From: a candidate division WOR-3 bacterium
GTDB lineage: Bacteria; Hydrothermota; UBA3073
Assembly (NCBI GenBank): GCA_023129165.1
Contig: JAGMCL010000119.1
Coordinates: 4,714 to 68,713 of the forward strand
Reading direction: 5' to 3'
Length of the DNA stretch: 64,000 bases
Part shown: positions 59,801 through 64,000 of the stretch, in pieces
Numbering within the stretch: the first letter of the stretch is position 1
How the letters are laid out: every line of letters starts with the position of its first letter
Notes under the pieces: generated by a model
What the model saw: only the letters and a program-made list of their open reading frames with translations
The model's database searches: none
Told to the model about the DNA's origin: nothing
Position numbers and translations under genes: made by a program

Positions 59801-61076
59801 TACCGAGGGCTGCCTGCATCGCCGCTGAACACTCGTTCGGTAATGTGCCATCGGCGTATGTCCAGCCGGGGTTGTAGTTGCCGTCAAATAGTCCGTCGTT
59901 GTCCGAATCAAGGTCCCTTGCATCGGGCATATCATCGCCGTCTGTATCCGTGGGCGTGCCGGAGATATACATATTCCAGCTCGCATCCCACACGAGTACG
60001 GGGGAACCGGGGAGTGCCTCCACGGAATCGACTATACCATCGCCGTCCGTGTCGGGCGTATTAGGATTCAGCCTGTGCTTGAATTCAAGTTCATCTGCGA
60101 GACCATCGCCGTCCCCATCGGTATATCCGTATGGGTCAGTAAAAAATACAAACTCCTCCGTTCCGTCAGCCAGGCCGTCTCCATCGGAATCCATATTCAG
60201 AAATCGAGGTACTCCACCGAAGCCGGGGGTGTTGTCCTCTATCCCCGTGGTATATGTTACACCATCAAGAAGTCCATCGTTATCTGAATCGAGGTCGAGC
60301 GGACTGTACATACCATCGCCGTCGGGGTCATCCGGGGCAATAGTCAAGTCGCCCGCCAGATTCCACTCAATATCGTCCGTGAGACCATCGCCGTCGGAAT
60401 CTGTGTTAAGTGGACTGGTTCCATAAGCAATCTCAAGGAAATCACCTATACCATCAACATCAGAATCTGCCATATTCGGATTGGTTAGATACGTATGAAC
60501 CTCGTTGCCGTCATTAATACCATCACCATCGGTGTCAGCATTATATGGGTCGGTTCCTACATCACCAACCTCATATCTGTACGTTCCACCAAATTGATTA
60601 AAACTCAGCCAGCTTCCTCCTGGCTGCGATGGATCCCCTACCCAGGCAAACTGTCCATCCAGTATTCCATCATTGTCTGAATCAAGGTCAAGTGTGTTTG
60701 GAACACCATCACCATCTGCATCCTGAGGAAGACCAGTTACTACAGGGTCAATAGGGGAAGGTAACCAGGTGTGGACACCCTTATATTCTGCCCCGTCTAT
60801 TATCCCATCACCATCCGTATCAAAGCACTGGGGATCTGTCTCCCCGAGATGGGGCTCGAAAACACCATTTTTATTAGCATCTTCAAGAGAATCAGGAACC
60901 CCATCAGCATCAAAATCTGCATTAGGCATCGGAGCAACAGTCCAGATACCATGCATCATATCAATGTGGTCTGGTAGTCCGTTCTGGTTTCTATCCGGGG
61001 GAGTATAAATTGCCCCAAGGGGCAGTGCAACCATTGCCCCAATCAATAATACGAGAGGGAATATAATTCCTCTCAT
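44856..61076 (-). CDS. giant (~5400 aa) T9SS-secreted repeat adhesin-like protein
   Basis: Start set at MRGIIFPLVLLIGAMVA, with a GGAGGT RBS 6 nt upstream. The ORF track extends 43 codons further. The ~1700-aa N-terminal region is full of DTDGDG/DSDNDG calcium-binding thrombospondin-type-3-like motifs. It is followed by at least nine tandem modules of ~250 aa, each starting SYD[IL]DISDNEQ.LVGN...NPNSEAMNVDPD.FGN.DL. The C-terminus ...LTIFNLAGEIVRYKV...GMYVILVSTKINDEVKVLKDKILVIR is a T9SS CTD. Confidence 0.7.
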   Translation of the reverse strand: MRGIIFPLVLLIGAMVALPLGAIYTPPDRNQNGLPDHIDMMHGIWTVAPMPNADFDADGVPDSLEDANKNGVFEPHLGETDPQCFDTDGDGIIDGAEYKGVHTWLPSPIDPVVTGLPQDADGDGVPNTLDLDSDNDGILDGQFAWVGDPSQPGGSWLSFNQFGGTYRYEVGDVGTDPYNADTDGDGINDGNEVHTYLTNPNMADSDVDGIGDFLEIAYGTSPLNTDSDGDGLTDDIEWNLAGDLTIAPDDPDGDGMYSPLDLDSDNDGLLDGVTYTTGIEDNTPGFGGVPRFLNMDSDGDGLADGTEEFVFFTDPYGYTDGDGDGLADELEFKHRLNPNTPDTDGDGIVDSVEALPGSPVLVWDASWNMYISGTPTDTDGDDMPDARDLDSDNDGLFDGNYNPGWTYADGTLPNECSAAMQAALGIGSAFASDWRLSDTDGDGLTDGWEAGNDLDLTDGSATPATFQRCDPTLVDTDGDGFGDAAELAVGANPLSLDSDGDGLLDATEGSPTIIQDTDSDGIPDIRDIDSDNDGLFDGSYNPGWTYADGTTPNESIFGTSSILFDTDGDGLSDGFEAGNDLDLNNGSGAGNFERTNPALIDTDGDGINDGAELSYGTNPLSKNTDGDSFTANDLVTYPIYEGLVEDYPTWVLGVGYSPPLNGINYVEVYGADHDGYGMEDPLDPISTDGWLDSDGDGLPDNYELTTKANGGSETDPYNPDTDGDGLWDGDEWFPHFIDLGPVPNAVNPAAGYRDVLGNWIGAWFSSDPLNPDTDGDGLLDGFTDMNSDYGFDTTDGDIPGELTMGWIKCAFISPGVKDTIPRQSSGSLKKAKAINLSFDFRATNPRLIDTDNDSLVDGVTYPDSALSDRWDPRPDSMFIIFWDYVEGYGDPDADGVMNALDLDSDGDGATDYQEYRATKHPLHLGIFGSTNPGAEPMVNSVLTYTLRIPIASTQFDYMWDATNNTLFPTFYSTANSDHIVLLSSDPDNEPDQDEIDGFWKSGGQDGFNPCKGYMHQFTNPLDTDGDRLLDGMEDLEGSAVGVKDTDGDGLYDGDEVLPVGAIVNWAPKRTDPTNPDTDGDGLDDNIERAAVSPLGAGSISHWTDPLMRDTDGDSSNIIFAGCGIDGNEDADHDGKVDSIAAGDPTDETDPRNPDSDYDWIKDCVDGTPLVADTDGDGLKDGHEICLGTLFNDADTEDDGFLDGWGDAPWAAGVGFGGNGDGLYTAGEQPGEFGEYDPITGFTGNGMAYAQGLEGTLIDTDFDIVQGGTEHGLSTVYAGGVPIATEYFPDAIALLGCFATNVGVIVVDADGGATTTNPFEPDEDNDNLFNGWVEDINQDGLWAATETDPNAIDTDLEGVNDGYDGWETVILDSDADVTTNALDTDSDNDGWTDNVEDANGLIPVYTYALGSDTDIDGRDDNTIGVGADNADEDTYARAKDNDIDNDFLFDGVGEDWNFSSDVDAGETEPLTIDTDGDNVNDGYDGWETATIDQPDGDGTTNALDTDSDADGWNDDERTVYGTNALLVDTDGDGRTENVGNEGNVDSEGDGIINALDVDSDNDWLIDGDGTLFGIAYAPGTYPSTGEDNGLGPTGVANNGILEDPPSGPVGIEETDPTVPEDSDGDGLPDWVELSFFGPTLGFDGVPAWLDLDYDDDGMKDAYCIGALAPPGYDMYGPLPTPFVIGEENASPPIFPTPYGVSGNFYTTDPRLVDSDFDIIQDGTEVMVVTGIPWAPPIFGTNAGVFTWDRDAAFAGAPATFTNPYDGDTDNDGLPDGGPTGEDLPIIVTPVGVFGDGMIAGDGGFPAPGTWGVWDPTDPGWTETDPNDIDTDEDGLVDSWEVNWAQTPVLWWDGDGDVLSDGLEWHVGIRPAAPPVSGTLPPQLWGVWNANPGNGANGGFTHSSDTDIASMTDPAFNDTDGDGLVDGGAPGEDVNQSGSWDYSGNPYIYPGDNSGTGETNPCDIDSDHGGENDAVDTNPMEPRLGDGVLDPPSEASVPFGDDSYEIKPFTLPFPAGADTTLRSGRDTLFIDPVPGDSGTGMFVILNTGPVNLDDIYATCTDLDWAFDVATYTVPPVGLWPDTLIIPFDSVDIWGVDEGVKIGPFPAPAAIITSTGGPPNNGLPIGDLDDEVWVRVHIPWGQIPGIYEGRLVLWQGAPFFNNPIDTIVFQVEVDPVWEVDILNNDLLPDGVGSSDPDSMGAFDNEMHMAIALSASPVDSFMGVFFKSNPNTEPDADFNYINDINGLPALPRFARAPWGPGGTPSDSYPDEWDTLDLYGNPDWQGNTVLDSVFVTYQFDSYSGPGFVTADSVEWRIRFNHMGTYGTKILIDSLDLGEWDSVQVWVHPYCLPPGEYYGWVYLWQDVDANTLYDGGDAFITTGSGYSGTLTANSTPIPPTEQEAFDAFLFKFTVTAPDIDIAQGEMNIDADNYMTLNAMPGETVWGHFSVVNPDWMQNLAADPWDGPTTEDADSVGIYDPDLDTLLPLPDSLWLFRMYNPQDSVKAYVFGPDILLMGQWEASYSVEVVVPVGTPFGTYATNYTALNPVTTKPDDDFSGKILISATGAFSGAHYIPTEPKSYQLMDWFDFILNVGPTEGIAVVPTVEVDSVDHGAFVTDTFSVINTGNADLYGIIFESTSLQDYAGHLIHPSNIIFEPPQITELLMEDTVDVAKKIIAPAGQYTGWYTGEITVKDDDAFPSATILCSLYVKPDYDLDIADNQQMLLANMMILAGDTGTVKSGIFLLVNPNTDGMNVDPDPFGNTDLDLSGPFAYVASDLTYDSYTIPSTQISFISPPTTLASGASANVVLSVAIPGGQEMGIYTGSVVVTSADGSMDYFTLMVIVGPAESIVLSGTLDKTVDHGVTAIDAFTVTNDGNADLDNIVFEVTDLDDGAGRYIASSNITFVPTSIGMLAMTASEDVEVYVAVPLGTYAATYTGTVTVKDDDGYPLETLPISITVGPSYDIDISDNEQNLIGNAMALSGLPGSSPTGNYLVINPNSEAMNVDPDAFGNTDLLNISVTSTDLQHIDNPLYSISATQVVVTYSTTLLTGGSEEVPIVVNIPAGQEEGVYAGTITVFDVVAGVSDEFELLVQVGPEEDINIVETLTSGSGNHNIMVDLSVFQIENTGNADLYNLQFNTSGLINGDYFISPDDIYLYVTDFWAPANDAVLDVLLIGETADAQPAVNVPAGQHAGTYAGFIRVIDDDGVPSDAITVSLEVLPSYDIDISDNEQNLVANILFLNELPGNSDSGLFLLINPNTDGMNVDPDMYGNADLTNLTYTMTDLTGPGPDITTVNLSITPSPMTLATGDAVALLYQVDIPLGQIEGLYEGTVTVTSPGEDGTGDFFDVKVIVGPVEGITMTDPADFDTDHGLVGTTNFTVTNIGNDWLDHIIFTSTNFVNGDYVINDYNVTFEPTEISTLGPGATSGTIYINVFVPLGTHEGDYTGTITAKDDDGYPIATQTVVLTVNPSYDIDVSDNEQDLVGNTMAIGGLPGSSPTGNYLVVNPNSEAMNVDPDAFGNADLLNVDATSTDLLHVDNPLYSIPASSVVITCSATLLTGGNEIVPVVVNIPAAQEEGVYTGTITVFDVVGGVSDEFELLVNVGPEEDVNIVESVTSGSGDHDSWVNLSSFEVENTGNTDLYNLLFNTSGLENGDYFIPPDDIYLYVTDFWAPTNDAVLDVLLIGDAADVQPAVDVQAGQHAGTYVGFIRVIDDDGYPTDAIVVSIDVLSSYDIDIANNGGNLIGNYLTLDGNAGDLLSGDFDIYNPNSEVQNVDPDPIGNDDLVDITYTVTDLQHQTNPIAIIYAYDVMVSAPSSLISGEAETGTILVSVPVGQEEGTYVGTVTATDVSGVTDEFILVVIVGAELDVDIVEDETYGYGGLAGLDDLITLDQFTVVNPDDSYNPDPDGPSNGDLWNLSFTGSALYDGDGHMIDTDKLYVRTTDYPDPTPIAEAFIAYLPLGEAAWVEPWVLVEAGQHAGTYIGAMGVMGEFGYPSDVISVRVEIPSYYDIDIANNAGDVLGNDMVLNGLPTVIVTGDFDIYNPASTDQNVDADPFGNDDLGNIVYTVTDLAHTENAFYWIMASDITITGTDALLLGETAVGVVEVDIPLDAISGAYVGTVTVEDLDAGVSDEFTLIVQVGGYEDVDIVEDITDGTGDHGTTVTLTDFTVVNPDISYNPDPDGPGNVPLDNLGFTVTDLEDGLGHKILASNIKIAATGFFGPTPVDQAVIDLLDVGQSATVLPTVDINPGQYAGTYTGMLRVIDDDGYPSDVLGMSVTVEPSYDLDISDNEQDLVGNKMSFANAEIGGTLEGYFRLINPANEAQNADPDPFGNTDLTDLGWDATDLVFQTPPKRGAVTEGEKLDDIIPASAITVYSPTTLAHGGSENVLVSIDVPVDIYAGTYKGTITIEDGVGGVSDYFYVEVFVRSVEGIDIDEDDISGAGDHGTNVGDIVFNITNTGNVKLTGINFTSTNLYDEFDNVIPKEGITFIPENIAEIEPEETYEIGVTVDIPLGILTGIYKGTITAKNGEGSVSDEVTIIITVNPSYDLDISDNEQNLVGNTMSLIEIPGNTVMAEFLLVNPNSEAMNIDPDMFGNADLTNLTYTLSNLTGPGADIVPTAISSPTNLASGSSVVITYTVNIPEGQIEGIYTGTATVTSPEEDDTGDSFDVVLTVEAVEGLTMTDPADFSTDHGLVGTTSFTVTNTGNNILDHIIFTSTNFVYGSYVIPVLNVTFDPTEISILGPGATSDAININVFVPAGTYTGDYEATITVKDDDGHPLVTQTVVLTVNPSYDLDIVRNVLDIGAGDIGEVLGGMFRIINPNSEVTNFDPDPFGNADLDELSYKVEDLVFVGGPAKDGKGGVAEYVESTYGRGTKIDNVIPAEDVLVDLPGFIVSGGGEDAPVSVEIPEDVAAGTYEGWITVFGNEGVDDGILVRLVVNETEDLDIAEASVEIAGDVEHGSTKATPDFTVYSTDLANNPDPDGPGNTTLYGIHFVADNLFNAGGTRFISKDNIDFEPDNISSLESGTYTTAHAVIHIPVGTYATTYSGLVTAINGSGSVSDTVRVILTVAESPYFHIADNEGNLVENTMYVVGDVGTTTPETHFVIKNPIGVGNVDLTCIASRVNGLEDFTVEFDPRNYDVEYGSYTIGALTVSIPEDQNEGVYTGWVVLEYSGGEKNEVVSDSFTLNVTVLPDEIVALSVDTLGVTGREGTTGSEYFSVLNLGNVILTDLELIMLTDLEDVSGTVISRDRVKFTYPVVDTLGIGGSERVLMSVDIPKFTMEGVFTGMFEVRDEKDGMPSYEAVVKLTVTSETELTYDENPVTGTKVTIRCKGDDDADPGLTIFNLAGEIVRYKVAMETPKYKGDNVPTWTYTWELDNDEGKKVASGMYVILVSTKINDEVKVLKDKILVIR

Positions 61077-61517
61077 CTTCTTACCTCCAACCTTTTCCAA
61101 CATACCTACCTCCTTTCTTTCGCGTTTAATTTTAAATATTACTCTTGTTCTCCATACATTTAATATTCTCTGAAAAGATATGGGACTTAAACCATCATTC
61201 AACATATTCCCCCCTTATTGCTGCAATATAGAAATAATAAAAATCCATATACACATATATTCTCACATATGCGGTGAGCATCTTAATAATTATGTCTACT
61301 TTTGCTACCGTCAAAAAAATTACTTGCACGTATAAATATAATATCAAATATTTTATGATTTGTCAAGAAAAAAGTATAATTTTTATAAAAAGTTAAAATT
61401 TAGTACAAATACAATACTGCAAACGCTTTTTGTGTAATATATCATAAATTCCAATACCTTTTTATCTCAAAAACCCTTAAAATCTTACAATTTTAGAGGG
61501 TAAGTGCGAGGTAATAC

Positions 61518-62186
61518 TTAAGATAACCTCTTTAACTCCTTTGACCTTATATCTGCTATTCTAACAGGCTCTGGAATCCTTCTACCTCTTATACAGCCTG
61601 TGATTATCTCAACCGCCTTCCCTAAAGTAATAAGGTTGCCAGGTGATATGAAGAGTGGTTTGACATTAGTTTTTGTCCTTAGTACACATCCAACCACCCT
61701 CCCCATATATGAGAGAGTGCTCATACTCCCCTTTTCCAGGCCCATCTCTTCATATTCTCCAATAAGCCTCGATTTTGCACATCCTATGGTCGGCTTTTGG
61801 AATAATACACCAATATGTGTGGCAAGTCCCATGCCTCTGGGGTGTGCAACACCCTGCCCATCACATATTAGGACATCTGGCTCGAATTTTATCCGTAATA
61901 GGGCATCCATTATTACCGGTATCTCCCTGAATGAGAGAAACCCGGGGACATAGGGGAGTGAGACTTCCCGAATGGCTGTGCTCTCTTCAATCAGTTTCAA
62001 TTCAGGATAAGAAAACACATCGCAAACAGCATAAGCTACATTGCCACGAAATGCAACATCAATACCAGCGACACTTTCTGGTTTCGACTTATTAACCCTT
62101 AAGATTACCTTCTTCCTCAAGTTCTCCTGGATATCTCTTGCTTGCTTCAGGGATATATCAAATGGGTGGGTGATAACTGGTTTCAT
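61518..62186 (-). CDS. nfi: endonuclease V (deoxyinosine 3' endonuclease)
   Basis: ...GIDVAFRGNVAYAVC...SLPYVPGFLSFREIPVIMDAL...VLICDGQGVAHPRGMGLATHIGV... matches the Nfi catalytic motifs. Confidence 0.8.
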   Translation of the reverse strand: MKPVITHPFDISLKQARDIQENLRKKVILRVNKSKPESVAGIDVAFRGNVAYAVCDVFSYPELKLIEESTAIREVSLPYVPGFLSFREIPVIMDALLRIKFEPDVLICDGQGVAHPRGMGLATHIGVLFQKPTIGCAKSRLIGEYEEMGLEKGSMSTLSYMGRVVGCVLRTKTNVKPLFISPGNLITLGKAVEIITGCIRGRRIPEPVRIADIRSKELKRLS

Positions 62187-62394
62187 ATTTTTCCTGCCAC
62201 AAAGAGACCAAGAAATTCTTATTCTTTATTTTTTTGCCACAAAGTCACCAAGACACAAAGAATTTCTTTTATTATAAATATTTTTAATTTTTTATATTGA
62301 CAATTGTTTTTTTTGTCATTATCAAGATGAGATTGCTTCGTAGCTTCCCCTCCTCGCAATGACGTAAACTGTAGCTGTCATTGTGAGTATTTTC

Positions 62395-62530
62395 TCAACA
62401 TTTAACATTAAACATATAACATGTAACATTCCCCATTCCACATTCAACATTAAACATTTAACATTACACATTCATCATCCAACATTCAACATTAAACATG
62501 TAACATTTAACATGTAACATCCAACATCGG
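62395..62530. repeat. heptamer microsatellite (N-AACAT-N)n, third and longest array
   Basis: caacatttaacattaaacatataacatgtaacattcc...caacattcaacattaaacatgtaacatttaacatgtaacatccaacatcggc. The array overlaps the last 8 codons and the stop of hutU. Confidence 0.6.
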
Positions 62531-64000
62531 CATTTTCACGCCCTTCTTCTTTGCTGTCTCTATTGCAAGGGTATACCCAGCATCAGAATGCCTTGCAATA
62601 CCTATACCAGGGTCATTTGTCAAAACCCTTTCAAGCCGACTGTCCATCGCCTCTGTCCCGTCTGCACAAATGACCTGACCTGCATGGATTGACAACCCTA
62701 TGCCAACACCTCCGCCATGATGTACAGATACCCAGGTTGCACCAGAGGCAGTATTGAGTAATGCATTAAGGATAGGCCAGTCAGCAATTGCATCAGAGCC
62801 ATCCTTCATACCCTCTGTCTCTCTATATGGTGAAGCCACAGAACCCGTATCAAGGTGATCCCTTCCAATCACTATGGGAGCCGAAATCTCACCCTTTCTT
62901 ATCATATGATTTATTATAAGCCCAAATCGTGCTCTCTCTCCATAACCAAGCCAGCATATTCTTGAAGGAAGACCCTGAAATGGCACCTTTTCCCTTGCAA
63001 TTCTAATCCATCTTATAAGTGATTCATCTTTCTTGAACTCCCTCAATATTACTTCATCAAGTTTATAAATATCCTCTTTTTTACCTGAAAGTGCTACCCA
63101 TCTGAACGGTCCCTTGCCAATGCAAAACAGCGGTCTTATATATTCAGGGACAAATCCTGGAATATTAAATGCATTATCTACACCTGCCTTCTTAGCCTGC
63201 CCTCTAATATTATTCCCATAGTCGAATGCAACAGCTCCCCTCTTCTGCATCTCGAGCATTGCATCCATCTGGTGTGCAATTGATTCATATGCTCGTTTTA
63301 TATACTCCTGTGGATTCTCCTTGCGAAGCACAAGAGCATCCTCTAAACTCATACCACCAGGCACATATCCATTCAACTCATCATGCGCTGATGTCTGGTC
63401 TGTAAGTACATCGGGTATTATACCCCTCTTTAGTAGTTCTGGATGGGTCTCTGACGCATTGCCTATAAGTCCAACAGATAGAGGCTTTCCAGCTCTCTTT
63501 GCACCCATTACTAAATCTATTGCCTCATCAAGTGAATCAGTTATTCTGTTACAGAACCCCTGTTTTATTCTCCTCTCAATCCTTTTCTTATCAACCTCGA
63601 CATCGAGTATAATACCACCATTCATGGTAACTGATAAAGGTTGTGCACCTGACATTCCACCCATTCCTGCAGTAAGCACAAATTTTCCTTTTAGTGAACC
63701 ATCGAAATGTTTTTCGGCACAAGCCGAGAACGTCTCATATGTACCCTGAATTATTCCCTGAGTACCTATGTATATCCACGAACCTGCAGTCATCTGTCCA
63801 TACATTATCAATCCCATAGCCTCCAGCTTTCTGAAATAATCCCAGTTCGCCCAGTCGGGTACAAGTAGAGAGTTGGCTATAAGAACCCTTGGTGCATGTT
63901 CATATGTCTTAAAAACACCCACTGGTTTGCCTGACTGCACAAGCAGTGTCTCATCCTCCCCCAATTCCTCCAGGGATTTTAATATGGCGTTAAAACAATC
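62507..64000 (-). CDS. hutU: urocanate hydratase (urocanase), 5'-truncated by window end
   Basis: ...[15 protein letters not shown]...[11 protein letters not shown]...[10 protein letters not shown]...[16 protein letters not shown]... matches urocanase. The Met at 63964 is internal and the true N-terminus lies beyond 64000. Confidence 0.85.
   Translation of the reverse strand, partial: DCFNAILKSLEELGEDETLLVQSGKPVGVFKTYEHAPRVLIANSLLVPDWANWDYFRKLEAMGLIMYGQMTAGSWIYIGTQGIIQGTYETFSACAEKHFDGSLKGKFVLTAGMGGMSGAQPLSVTMNGGIILDVEVDKKRIERRIKQGFCNRITDSLDEAIDLVMGAKRAGKPLSVGLIGNASETHPELLKRGIIPDVLTDQTSAHDELNGYVPGGMSLEDALVLRKENPQEYIKRAYESIAHQMDAMLEMQKRGAVAFDYGNNIRGQAKKAGVDNAFNIPGFVPEYIRPLFCIGKGPFRWVALSGKKEDIYKLDEVILREFKKDESLIRWIRIAREKVPFQGLPSRICWLGYGERARFGLIINHMIRKGEISAPIVIGRDHLDTGSVASPYRETEGMKDGSDAIADWPILNALLNTASGATWVSVHHGGGVGIGLSIHAGQVICADGTEAMDSRLERVLTNDPGIGIARHSDAGYTLAIETAKKKGVKMPMLDVTC

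Noticed and set aside
62395-62530. Possible CRISPR or minisatellite, suggested by the AACAT-rich array
   Set aside because: It is a 7-nt microsatellite with no spacer/repeat structure. It is classified as a simple heptamer repeat.

Overview
64-kb window from an AT-rich bacterial genome, about 40% GC by eye, coding mostly on the minus strand. Many proteins end in type IX secretion (T9SS) C-terminal sorting domains, so the source is probably an FCB-superphylum-like bacterium (Bacteroidota, Fibrobacterota or a related candidate phylum). This assignment is an inference.

Layout:
(1) 0-6.3 kb: rpsJ-tuf, then an LptD-like gene, a BatA-like gene and a DUF58 gene.
(2) 6.6-10.9 kb: a consensus sigma70 promoter, a small HTH ORF, a cobalamin-type riboswitch with its terminator, a TonB-dependent receptor, and a T9SS-anchored YVTN beta-propeller. 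This may be a B12-capture module.
(3) 11-15 kb: a leaderless Rrf2 regulator with an OsmC peroxidase gene, then UDP-xylose synthesis genes (ugd, uxs).
(4) 15-24 kb: a gene for a ComEA-like HhH outer-membrane protein that overlaps recA, then plsY, glmS, a phosphohexomutase and tRNA-Thr/tRNA-Phe. This block is embedded in dense species-specific REP/MITE-like repeats, including a roughly 270-bp element present twice with a covarying hairpin.
(5) 24.4-61.2 kb: a 37-kb island of six co-oriented T9SS cargo genes. It includes a REP-associated tyrosine transposase (RAYT) flanked by its REPs and carrying a REP doublet in-frame inside its own coding sequence. It has two tandemly duplicated 1318-aa and 1601-aa paralogs with near-identical 5' halves and leaders. 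It ends in a giant gene of about 5400 aa (Asp-rich calcium-binding repeats plus nine or more tandem modules of about 250 aa) followed by a PorP/SprF-like beta-barrel fused to an OmpA domain, which resembles the SprB-SprF arrangement.
(6) 61.5-64 kb: endonuclease V and a 5'-truncated urocanase whose stop codon lies inside a heptamer microsatellite.

No CRISPR array, rRNA or prophage was recognised.
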